In this document: one piece after another, positions 49,026 to 57,352 of the stretch
How positions within the stretch are numbered: the first letter of the stretch is position 1
Layout of the letters: the number at the start of each line of letters is the position of its first letter
DNA from: Actinomycetes bacterium
Lineage (GTDB): Bacteria > Actinomycetota > Acidimicrobiia > Acidimicrobiales > Bog-793
Assembly: GCA_021796535.1 (NCBI GenBank)
Contig: JAKABW010000001.1
Span: forward strand, 128,659 to 192,658
Direction: 5' to 3'
DNA: 64,000 bases
The notes under the pieces: model-generated
The model's input: the letters and a program-made list of their open reading frames with translations, nothing else
The model's database searches: none
Told to the model about the DNA's origin: nothing
Translations under genes and position numbers: made by a program

Positions 49026-50372
49026 TCAGAAAGCCGGCCAACCGGGGGGGACCGCTCCCGTAGGGGGGTTTTGCAGCGAACCGCCCGGAGCACCCAGTGA
49101 TTGAAGCAACTGGGAAAAGTTGGCGCCGAATGCCGTGGAGTTGGAACCGTAAAACTGACCGCTGTCCGCCGCCATGGTCAGTCCGTTGGCGGCCGGATCG
49201 GCCCACCCGGTTTCTATGCCGTCCGGTCCTTCGTAGGCGTTGCCTATTACCGTACCGGCGTTTACCGCTTGACCTACCTGAACCGTCGGGTTTATGTCTT
49301 CGGCTGCATATACGACAAGTCCCGCGGCAGGTCCTGTCGTCAGTCTGTAGCATATAAATGCCCCGCCCGGCCATCCGCCGTTGTAGGTACTGATTACCAC
49401 GGCGTTGCCTATGGCATAAATTGGGCCGTATCCGCTGTAGTCCACGCCTTGGTCTATGCGGTCGGGAGTTAAAGCGGCCAGAGAACGCAACGGATTGGCG
49501 TAAGTCCCCGGTGTCTGCGCAACGGTGCTCGGCGCGGGGTGCGGCACGGGCGGCGGAGTGGGGTTGGCCGCTGCGGTTGCCTCCGCCCTGTGGGCCAAAA
49601 TAAGTTCTGCCTGACGCTGTTGAGCCAGATGCCTCCGTGCTTCCTGGGCCAGGATTAATTGGATATTTCCCTTCACGTGGTGGAGCATGGAATCATCCGT
49701 CGCTATAGCCGTGTCGGCCGCAGCTTTTTTTGCCTGCAGTTCAAGGATCGTTTTGTTCAGTGCTTTCTGGGTCTTAACCAACTCTACGCCTGCGGTTCGC
49801 GTTCTCGCTCTTGCAATTTGGAATTGGGCTATCGCACTGTCAAGAGTGTCACTGGCAACCCCGGCGTAAACGGATGCGGTCGCCGCGTTGGTGTTGGAGA
49901 TGGAAAGTATGCTGCCCGATCCGCTTTGTTGTGAATCTATCCCGACATAAGACTCTATGGCCACCTGTCGCAAACGCTTCTCTGTCTGCAATTGATTTTT
50001 GCGGTCTCGAAGTAAAGTTGTTTGGAGCAAAGCCTTATGCCTGGTCAGTGTGTAATCTTTTGCCTGGTACATGGTAAGTTTGCTTACCAAACTCTGTATC
50101 AGGGCACCGTCTTGTGCGATACGGGCTTCCAGTTGCTGTTCGGTAGTTTTGTCTGTGGTGATACTGGCGGACGCTCGGGACGGAAAATATGCGTAACCGA
50201 GAGATCCGACCAATATCAAAGTGAATAAAGCAATCGAGGTCAGCAGTAAAGCCGCTTTTTGTGCCTTTTTGGGCCTTGCAGAACGGGGCTTGATCTTGCT
50301 CACTGCCATTCTATAGAAGTTATCGTATATTTTTTTTGTGCGCGTGCTTTTGGCTTGTTTTTTCCGTTCCAA
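49026..50372 (-). CDS. Membrane-anchored coiled-coil protein with a degenerate LytM (M23-like) C-terminal domain
   Basis: Basic N-terminus and one TM helix (ALLLTSIALFTLILVGSLGYAYF), then about 230 aa that is heptad-like and Gln/Ala/Leu-rich, then a Pro-rich linker. The C-terminal domain follows the M23 pattern, but DQGVDYSG replaces HxGxD and no HxH is present. Confidence 0.6.
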   Translation of the reverse strand: MERKKQAKSTRTKKIYDNFYRMAVSKIKPRSARPKKAQKAALLLTSIALFTLILVGSLGYAYFPSRASASITTDKTTEQQLEARIAQDGALIQSLVSKLTMYQAKDYTLTRHKALLQTTLLRDRKNQLQTEKRLRQVAIESYVGIDSQQSGSGSILSISNTNAATASVYAGVASDTLDSAIAQFQIARARTRTAGVELVKTQKALNKTILELQAKKAAADTAIATDDSMLHHVKGNIQLILAQEARRHLAQQRQAELILAHRAEATAAANPTPPPVPHPAPSTVAQTPGTYANPLRSLAALTPDRIDQGVDYSGYGPIYAIGNAVVISTYNGGWPGGAFICYRLTTGPAAGLVVYAAEDINPTVQVGQAVNAGTVIGNAYEGPDGIETGWADPAANGLTMAADSGQFYGSNSTAFGANFSQLLQSLGAPGGSLQNPPTGAVPPGWPAF

Positions 50373-50791
50373 AAAACTTTTTCTCTCGGGGATCTCCGAA
50401 TTAATATGTCAGATATTGTACGAAAGACTGTTTCAAAGAGCAACACCGGTGGCCGCGCAAGGCGCATTCCGGTGCCCAAAATGCTCCTTCTCCTTACATG
50501 GGGGAGTCTTTTGAAACTTCCCTGTCGGTTTGGGACGGGACCGGCCGGAGAAGGGACGGCTCTTTCGCTGTTGTGCCGGAAAAAGAACCGCCTTCCGGAA
50601 CGGGTTTTTGACATCACGCTTTTTCGATGGTATTTAGCGAAGCACAAAGTAAATTTTTGTGATAAAAGTTTCAAATAGAACCTATTTTTTTACTTGCAGA
50701 GAAATTAGGGGGTATAGCATACATGATGGGCATTTTATGGGGTACCCGGGCTATTGAATAAGTACGTGTATATCCTGGAAAGGACTTCAAT

Positions 50792-51748
50792 ATGAGGCAT
50801 GTAGCGGTCGATGTTGGGCACGGCTGGGTAAAAGCTCTTGCCGACGATGCCACCACAGCTAAGTTTCAAGCACTGATCATTCCCGCTCCGAAATCTGTGA
50901 GTTTGGGGAGCTTTGGGACAAGCCATGTGTGGCGGATAAACGATAAAGAGTATTATGTGGGCGAAGCGGCTTCCAACCAGGGAGCGGCCCCCTTGTGGGG
51001 ACGCGATAAGGCCGACGAAGACTCTTCGGCCTTGCTTGCCGTAGCCATTGCTTCTCTGAAGTGCGAGGATTTGATCCACTTGGCGGTCGGGTTGCCGCTA
51101 AGTTGGTACGCCACCAAAGCAAAAGATTTGAGAAAGACGTTGTTGTCAAGCGAATGGGACGTTTCTTCTCCGGACGGCACAAACTTTAAGTGGCGTATAT
51201 CGGACGTATTGGTTGCCCCGCAGGGCGTTGCCGCCGCCATTCCGGCTTTGGCCAACGCCGCCGTGGGCAATTGGCTTGTCGTCGACATAGGCTGGAGAAC
51301 CACCGATTATGTTATAGGTCAAATTACGGACAATCACGAAATGGACGTGGACCCCTCTTCTGCCGGCACAATTGAAATAGGAATGCGCTACTTTTACGAG
51401 CGGGTAGCCCGTCAGATCGAGGCGGTATACGACGTTCCCATGACGGCGGAGACGGTCGGAGACCAGACTGAAATAGTGATAAGGGGCAAGAAAGTTTCTT
51501 TGGTGGCAATGAGGTCAGATTGGAAATCAATTTTGGCCGCACAACTGGAACGCCAAATTAATGCCAAGCTGGAAAACAGAATACATCAAATAAGCGGCAC
51601 GGTATTGGTCGGAGGAGGCGCAGCCGAACTGCAGTCTTCCTGGCCGACCGAAGTCATAGTGCCGGACGACCCGCAAACGGCAAACGTGAGAGGATTCTTG
51701 GCGGCGCTGAACGGCTGCAGATGCACCACTCAGAAAGTGGGCGCCTAA
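50792..51748 (+). CDS. ParM/StbA-like actin-fold ATPase
   Basis: Actin-fold motifs in the correct order: phosphate-1 VAVDVGHGWVK, phosphate-2 LVVDIGWRTTDY, adenosine VLVGGGAAEL. At 318 aa it is ParM-sized. Confidence 0.7.
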   Translation: MRHVAVDVGHGWVKALADDATTAKFQALIIPAPKSVSLGSFGTSHVWRINDKEYYVGEAASNQGAAPLWGRDKADEDSSALLAVAIASLKCEDLIHLAVGLPLSWYATKAKDLRKTLLSSEWDVSSPDGTNFKWRISDVLVAPQGVAAAIPALANAAVGNWLVVDIGWRTTDYVIGQITDNHEMDVDPSSAGTIEIGMRYFYERVARQIEAVYDVPMTAETVGDQTEIVIRGKKVSLVAMRSDWKSILAAQLERQINAKLENRIHQISGTVLVGGGAAELQSSWPTEVIVPDDPQTANVRGFLAALNGCRCTTQKVGA

Positions 51749-52158
51749 TGCCGGATGGCGAAGAAGAACAATTTGAACTGCATTTGACTATCACGAATCC
51801 CGATCTGGCAAAAAAACTTAAATCCCTTTCCGCACGGAAAAGAAGTTCTGAAATCGTGAGGATACTGGAAGAAAATTTACTGGCCGTTGCTCCCGAAAAG
51901 TCTGCCAACAAGGCGGAGCCTGCATACGATAAGTTGGAATTTGAAAACCTTCTAAAACGTGTCAGAATCCTGGAGAGCATCCTGAAAACTCTGGCCGACA
52001 AAATCACACGCTTGGAGGCGGCAGAGGCGAAGCCTCTGATTGTCGAAAAAGCAGAGGAAGTAAGGGAAGACAACGACTTTGACCCACTGCATAATGATGT
52101 CGTCAACACCGTCAATCCTGAAAACCTTTTTAATAAATTAAACGGCAACTTTTTATAG
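51748..52158 (+). CDS. Putative ribbon-helix-helix adaptor (ParR-like) with a coiled-coil and acidic tail
   Basis: Its ATG overlaps the parM-like stop (TAATG). N-terminus FELHLTITNPDLAKKLKSLSARKRSSEIVRILEENL fits a strand-helix-helix pattern. A heptad region follows (LEFENLLKRVRILESILKTLADKITRLE). Confidence 0.5.
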   Translation: MPDGEEEQFELHLTITNPDLAKKLKSLSARKRSSEIVRILEENLLAVAPEKSANKAEPAYDKLEFENLLKRVRILESILKTLADKITRLEAAEAKPLIVEKAEEVREDNDFDPLHNDVVNTVNPENLFNKLNGNFL

Positions 52159-52457
52159 AAAAATTTATTAAAAAATTACTTAGAAAATTACAGCCGCAGC
52201 CGGTAATATCGGTTTCTTTTTAGAAATAATTGGCACCGGGACCCCATTAATCTCCGGAGAGGTTGCCCGATCCTGTATCAGAAAAAAATTTGCGAAAAGT
52301 ATGTAAATATTTTTATAGAGATGCACTGTCAATGTAGATAAGTTATAAAAATTTTATAGAAAGTGTGTTTAAAGATAGCAACATTCCGGAGTTTTCCACA
52401 GTATTAGGGCTTTTGGAGCAGTGCGGATTTCTTTTGGTGAAGGCAAGAAATTTTTTG

Positions 52458-52541
52458 TGGGCGAGGGGGGACTTGAACCCCCACATCCTTTCGAATACAG
52501 GAACCTGAATCCTGCGCGTCTACCAATTCCGCCACTCGCCC
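52458..52541 (-). tRNA. tRNA-Leu (anticodon CAG)
   Basis: The reverse complement is GGGCGAGTGGCGGAATTGGTAGACGCGCAGGATTCAGGTTCCTG...GGGGGTTCAAGTCCCCCCTCGCCCA. It has a long variable arm. Confidence 0.9.
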
Positions 52542-52688
52542 AAAAATCGAAGTGATCTAGTTAGATAATATAACAACTAAAATTTCCGGTAGGGCAATAA
52601 CCCATATTTATATTTTTTTGACTCATTTTTTATTTTCTTAACAATAATCTACTTTTATCTCCTGTAATACGGGTAATCTGATCATGTC

Positions 52689-53354
52689 ATGGGACTTCAA
52701 CAGTTCGAACAACGTCTGGAAAGACTGGTTGAGGGTGTATTTGCCAGGGCATTTCGGGGTGTTTTGCAGCCGGTTGAAATAGGCCGGCGTCTTACGCGCG
52801 AGATGGATTTGCAGCGCGCCGTAATTGTAAGCGGTGTTTTGGTGCCCAATAACTTTGAAGTCCTGATCTCCAAAGCCGATTATGAGCGGTTTGGCTCGTT
52901 TGTGGATGTGCTGGCGACCGAGCTGGCCGAAGCCGCCAAGCAGCATGCTGAGGACGAAAACTATGTATTCCTTGGTCCCGTCGAAGTTTCCGTAGGCTGG
53001 AGTGAGGAACTGTCAAAGAGCACGTTTGTCGTGACAAGTGATTTTGTGGAAGGCGATCCTCCGCCGCCCAGCTGGCTTTTACTGCCCGATGGGAGCAGAA
53101 TCGCAATAGAAGACGAGCCCATTACGATAGGCAGATTGCCTGAGTGTGCCATTACTCTCAATGATCACAACGTTTCCAGGCGCCATGCCCAAGTATTTCG
53201 TGACGGAGATGCTATCATAATTGCTGACTTGGACTCTACCAACGGTACCAAGCTCAATGGTCAATCGGTTACGCAAGTGCGTTTGAATGACGGCGATGTG
53301 ATTATGGTCGGGACTACCAGAATTTATTTTGAAGCCGGTCAGCAGGACAATTAA
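52689..53354 (+). CDS. fhaA: FhaA-like protein (DUF3662-type N-domain plus FHA)
   Basis: MGLQQFEQRLERLVEGVFARAF N-domain and a C-terminal FHA (ITIGRLPECAITLNDHNVSRRHAQV, DLDSTNGTKLNG). Confidence 0.85.
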   Translation: MGLQQFEQRLERLVEGVFARAFRGVLQPVEIGRRLTREMDLQRAVIVSGVLVPNNFEVLISKADYERFGSFVDVLATELAEAAKQHAEDENYVFLGPVEVSVGWSEELSKSTFVVTSDFVEGDPPPPSWLLLPDGSRIAIEDEPITIGRLPECAITLNDHNVSRRHAQVFRDGDAIIIADLDSTNGTKLNGQSVTQVRLNDGDVIMVGTTRIYFEAGQQDN

Positions 53355-53366
53355 GGCTAGTTTTAT

Positions 53367-53831
53367 ATGTCACACGGACTATTGGAGATATTAAGGTATT
53401 TTTTATTGGGTCTGCTGTGGCTTTTCTTTCTCTATGCTGCCCGAGTGGCTTTTGTGGAAGTCAGGCGGGCCAAGCTGGAGGCTGATGTGGCCGGGAAGGG
53501 CGCCCCTCCGACAGCGACTACCGTAAGTGACAAAAAGGTAGATTTGCACCTGAAAATCCTGGAGCCTGCGGGGAAGAAAGGGATGGTATTCCCATTGGGC
53601 GAGGAAATTACAATAGGAAGAGCGGCGGGCTGTGCGATTTTGTTGAATGACGACAGTTTCGCTTCCTCGGTGCACGCGCGTATTTACCAGGCCAACGGCG
53701 AGTTTTGGATAGAAGACCTGGGTTCAAGAAACGGTACTTTTGTCAACTCGCTCCGCTTGGAGGAAACCACAAGACTGCGACGCGGGGATTCGGTTCGTGT
53801 GGGATCCACCGTCATGGAGGTAAGCCGATGA
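53367..53831 (+). CDS. fhaB: FhaB/FipA-like membrane-anchored FHA protein
   Basis: N-terminal TM helix plus FHA (ITIGRAAGCAILLNDDSFASSVHARI, DLGSRNGTFVN). Confidence 0.85.
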   Translation: MSHGLLEILRYFLLGLLWLFFLYAARVAFVEVRRAKLEADVAGKGAPPTATTVSDKKVDLHLKILEPAGKKGMVFPLGEEITIGRAAGCAILLNDDSFASSVHARIYQANGEFWIEDLGSRNGTFVNSLRLEETTRLRRGDSVRVGSTVMEVSR

Positions 53832-53844
53832 GCCGGGGATTGAC

Positions 53845-55749
53845 ATGAGCAAATTCGCGGCTTTCACCGCCACCAATACCGGTTATGTGCGTTCCATCAA
53901 TCAAGATAAAGCGCTGACCTCAGATTGTCTTATAGCCGTGGCGGACGGCATGGGAGGCCATGCCGGGGGCGAAGTAGCCGCCAAGATTGCAATCGAAACC
54001 CTTAATGAGGGTTTTCAGGGGGATAATTCCACAGAAGGCTTGCTGGCCTCCATCAGGAACGCCAATAAAACCATCATGAACAAATCTTTTAAGGAACACG
54101 ACTTAAAAGGTATGGGCACTACTCTTGTGGCCGCGGCACTCGTCGTCGATCAAGACATTTTGTCGCATATAGTGGTAGTAAATATCGGGGACTCCAGAGC
54201 TTATTTGCTGCCGGTCAACGGTGAGCTATCCAGACTGACGGAAGATCACAGTCTGGTTGAGGAATTGGTGCGGAGAGGCGAGATAACAGAAGCCCAGGCG
54301 TTGGTACATCCTCACCGGCATATTTTAACGCGGGCACTCGGGATTGATGAGAACGTCGAGATAGATGCCTGGGAGTTGGAACTGGACGGCCCCGCAAGGG
54401 TGTTGCTGTGCAGCGATGGTCTGACGAACGAATGCAGCGAAGCCGAAATAGGTCAATTGTTGAGGCAATATAAAAACCCGAGACAGGCTGCCGATAAATT
54501 GGTAGAGCTGGCTTTGGCGCACGGCGGCAGTGACAACGTAACTGTCGTCGTTGCCGATATTGCCCCCGGAGTTGCCGGCGGGCATGAAGGAGAAGACGAC
54601 GAACCAAGTCGCAGAATAAAGGGTATCAGGTCCGGCAAGAACGCCGACGCAGGCAGCGGACGGGTTCCGCGTGCTGACTATACTCTGGACGCTTCGGATA
54701 AAAAAATTGCTTCGGCCGATCTGGATATTGAGGCAAATCAAGATGAAACAATTGCACTGCAAAAGCAAGCATATATCACGGAAGGAAATACTGAAGATAG
54801 AAATATATTTGGAACAGAAGAAGGTAGTTTTACAGAAGATAAAGATTATATATATGGCAATGAAGTCAGCACCAAAACACGGGCCGGCAAAAGCGCGCCA
54901 AGCAACGTAAGCGCCGGTCAATCTGTAAAACATGTTGTGTCTTTGAATTCTCCCAACATCCCCAGAGTAAAGCAAAGCAAGACTCCCGTTCCGTCGGAAG
55001 GCAAGGGATACGGGGGAAGAAGGTTGGGGGGCGTTTCCAAGAAGGAAGTCCTCCAACAGGATTTACCACCTACCCCCCTGACTTTTCGTGTTGTGGTATT
55101 TGCAATTTTGTTTGTTTCTGTTTTTGCCGGAGCGGCCGGAGCCGTTTACTGGTATTTGCACTCTTCGTACTATGTGGGCATCGACAACGGCTATGTGGCA
55201 ATTTTCCAAGGTCGCCCAGGCGGCTTCCTTTCCGTCAAACCGACTTTATATAAAAAAACCGGTTTGCCGGTCAATAAGGTTTTTTTACCGGAAGTGCCGG
55301 CGCTGAAAAACGGCATGCTTGAGCCGTCGCTGGCAAAAGCCGAAACTGTAGTGAGGGATTTGGGGAACGCTCAAAGCTATTTGCGGCTTCCCGCCGGCAA
55401 TTCTGCTCCCGCCGCAGAGACCTTTTTTGTCCCTGTGGGTGCCACTCCCGTATTCACAAAGCCGGGAGTGGGCCCGACAACCACAACCCTTCCCGTCTCC
55501 GGTCCTTCTCTCACAACGACGACGTCTAAGCTGCTTTGCACTGGGAACGGGCTCCGCAAAGATTTAACTCTGTCGAGCGGACTCAAAACTGCTCCGCAAA
55601 GACCCGTCGCCTCTTTCTTGATTCGGCCGAATTCGGTTCACGAGCCTTTTGGCGACGGATTTTTGCATGCCGTGGCGGTTTTCGGTACCCTCGGCAAAAA
55701 GCATTCCTATCGGTATTCGTGCGGCCTCCGGAGGGTATCGGATGGATAA
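53845..55749 (+). CDS. pstP: PP2C Ser/Thr phosphatase with a TM helix and extracytoplasmic domain (PstP-like)
   Basis: DGMGGHAGGEVA, CSDGL and GGSDNVTVVV. An acidic low-complexity linker, a TM helix (FRVVVFAILFVSVFAGAAGAVYWYL), then an external domain with a Thr-rich end. Confidence 0.85.
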   Translation: MSKFAAFTATNTGYVRSINQDKALTSDCLIAVADGMGGHAGGEVAAKIAIETLNEGFQGDNSTEGLLASIRNANKTIMNKSFKEHDLKGMGTTLVAAALVVDQDILSHIVVVNIGDSRAYLLPVNGELSRLTEDHSLVEELVRRGEITEAQALVHPHRHILTRALGIDENVEIDAWELELDGPARVLLCSDGLTNECSEAEIGQLLRQYKNPRQAADKLVELALAHGGSDNVTVVVADIAPGVAGGHEGEDDEPSRRIKGIRSGKNADAGSGRVPRADYTLDASDKKIASADLDIEANQDETIALQKQAYITEGNTEDRNIFGTEEGSFTEDKDYIYGNEVSTKTRAGKSAPSNVSAGQSVKHVVSLNSPNIPRVKQSKTPVPSEGKGYGGRRLGGVSKKEVLQQDLPPTPLTFRVVVFAILFVSVFAGAAGAVYWYLHSSYYVGIDNGYVAIFQGRPGGFLSVKPTLYKKTGLPVNKVFLPEVPALKNGMLEPSLAKAETVVRDLGNAQSYLRLPAGNSAPAAETFFVPVGATPVFTKPGVGPTTTTLPVSGPSLTTTTSKLLCTGNGLRKDLTLSSGLKTAPQRPVASFLIRPNSVHEPFGDGFLHAVAVFGTLGKKHSYRYSCGLRRVSDG

Positions 55750-57232
55750 ACGGATAAAGCTGATCACTCTGGGGATGATATTTTGTTTTCTGCTTCTTTT
55801 TTTGCAGCTGAATAACATACAAATTTTGCAGGAAAAGTCACTAAGGTATAAATCGGCCAACGTATACGATAACGTGTCGCAAAATGTTTTGGATTTGCCG
55901 CGCGGCGAAATACTGACCTCGAACGGGACCGTCATAGCGGACTCAAAGCCTTCTCACGACGCATACGGTTACCAGAGGGTTTATCCCAAGGGCTCTCTTT
56001 TTGCCGATATCACCGGCTATTTCGATGTGGTGGACGGCTCAATTCAGTACGGAACGGAAGCCGTTTACAACCGCTACCTGGAATCACATGTGACATCAGG
56101 CGGCACTCCCGGGAAACTCATCAGCCAACAAACCGGCACGGACAGCATTATCCTTACAGTGAACGAAAAGCTGCAAAAAGTTGCGGCACAAGCCTTAAAC
56201 GGCAGAGTGGGTGCCGTGGTGGCCACCGACCCGGTGAATGGCGACATACTGGCTCTTTATGCCAATCCGACTTACAATCCGAATCTGCTGGCTTCTCACA
56301 ACGCCTCTTTCGTCGAAAAAGAAGCCAAAAAGCTCGAGGATCTTTCGAATCCGGCGGCGTCTCCGCTGATTGACGGGGCCACCCAGCTGACTTATCCGCC
56401 GGGGTCTACCTTTAAGCTGGTTACCACCTCCACCATCTACGACTACGACCCCCATCTGGCCGCCGTATCGTATCCGTTTCTCCCTCAGATAACGCTGCCC
56501 GATTCAAACGTTCCGTTGCATAATTTCGACAACGAAGTATGCGGGGGAAGTTTGGCGCTCGCCTTGGCGGTTTCCTGCGACACCACTTATTCGCAGATCG
56601 GCCTTAACCTGGGCGGCAAACTCATGTATAAGCAGGCCAAAAGGTTTGGCTTTGACCAGGTTCCACCGATCGATTTACCGGGAGCAGCTCCTTCGCAGTT
56701 TCCTTCCCCATCCTCCATTTCACCGCCGTTTTTGGCATATTCGGCAATCGGTCAGGGAAACGTCAGGGAGTCTGCCTTACAGGACGCGTTGGTGGTATCC
56801 GCCATAGCCGACGGAGGAAAGGTCATGACTCCGCACGTATTGGGGCGTGTCATAGGGCCGGACGGACAAGTGGTGTATACTTACCGACCTCATCTCTGGT
56901 TGCAGGCCACTACGCCGGCAACGGCCGCGGCCGTCCGGGAATTGATGCTGGGTGTTACCGAGAATCCGGCCGGAACGGCAGCGACACAAACCTGGCCTCC
57001 CGGAGTACAGGTGGCGGCCAAGACGGGTACCTCGCAAAACGGTACAAATGCCTGTATAGACGACTGGCTGGTGGCGACGGCCCCCGCGGGCAACAAGCAG
57101 GTCCCCAAAGTGGCCGTGGCCGCAGTCGTGAGCGGTGCCAGCGCCGGTGTCGTCTGCGACGGCACGGGAGCTGCCGTGGCCGGACCCGTGGTGTCAAGAG
57201 TACTTACGGCGGCGTTGAAATATGGATTATGA
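55742..57232 (+). CDS. pbpA: Class B penicillin-binding protein (PbpA-like transpeptidase)
   Basis: N-terminal TM helix, SxxK (GSTFK) and KTG (AKTGTS). The ATG overlaps the pstP stop by 8 nt. Confidence 0.85.
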   Translation: MDKRIKLITLGMIFCFLLLFLQLNNIQILQEKSLRYKSANVYDNVSQNVLDLPRGEILTSNGTVIADSKPSHDAYGYQRVYPKGSLFADITGYFDVVDGSIQYGTEAVYNRYLESHVTSGGTPGKLISQQTGTDSIILTVNEKLQKVAAQALNGRVGAVVATDPVNGDILALYANPTYNPNLLASHNASFVEKEAKKLEDLSNPAASPLIDGATQLTYPPGSTFKLVTTSTIYDYDPHLAAVSYPFLPQITLPDSNVPLHNFDNEVCGGSLALALAVSCDTTYSQIGLNLGGKLMYKQAKRFGFDQVPPIDLPGAAPSQFPSPSSISPPFLAYSAIGQGNVRESALQDALVVSAIADGGKVMTPHVLGRVIGPDGQVVYTYRPHLWLQATTPATAAAVRELMLGVTENPAGTAATQTWPPGVQVAAKTGTSQNGTNACIDDWLVATAPAGNKQVPKVAVAAVVSGASAGVVCDGTGAAVAGPVVSRVLTAALKYGL

Positions 57233-57352
57233 GCTTTATGCTTTGCCCAAGACAATATTTTGCTTTGAACGAACTAGATTACGGATAAACATGCAATTGA
57301 AAACGGAAAACACTATTGTGTTATTGAATAAAGTTAATAGGCAGACTGGAAA

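Noticed and set aside
49030-49060. A G-run segment (CGGGGGGGAC) resembling the 3' end of tRNA-Leu, considered as a possible distal att site of an element integrated at the tRNA.
   Set aside because: Only about 8 nt match, and the match lies inside the coding sequence of the dLytM protein. No integrase is present. This is insufficient to define element borders.
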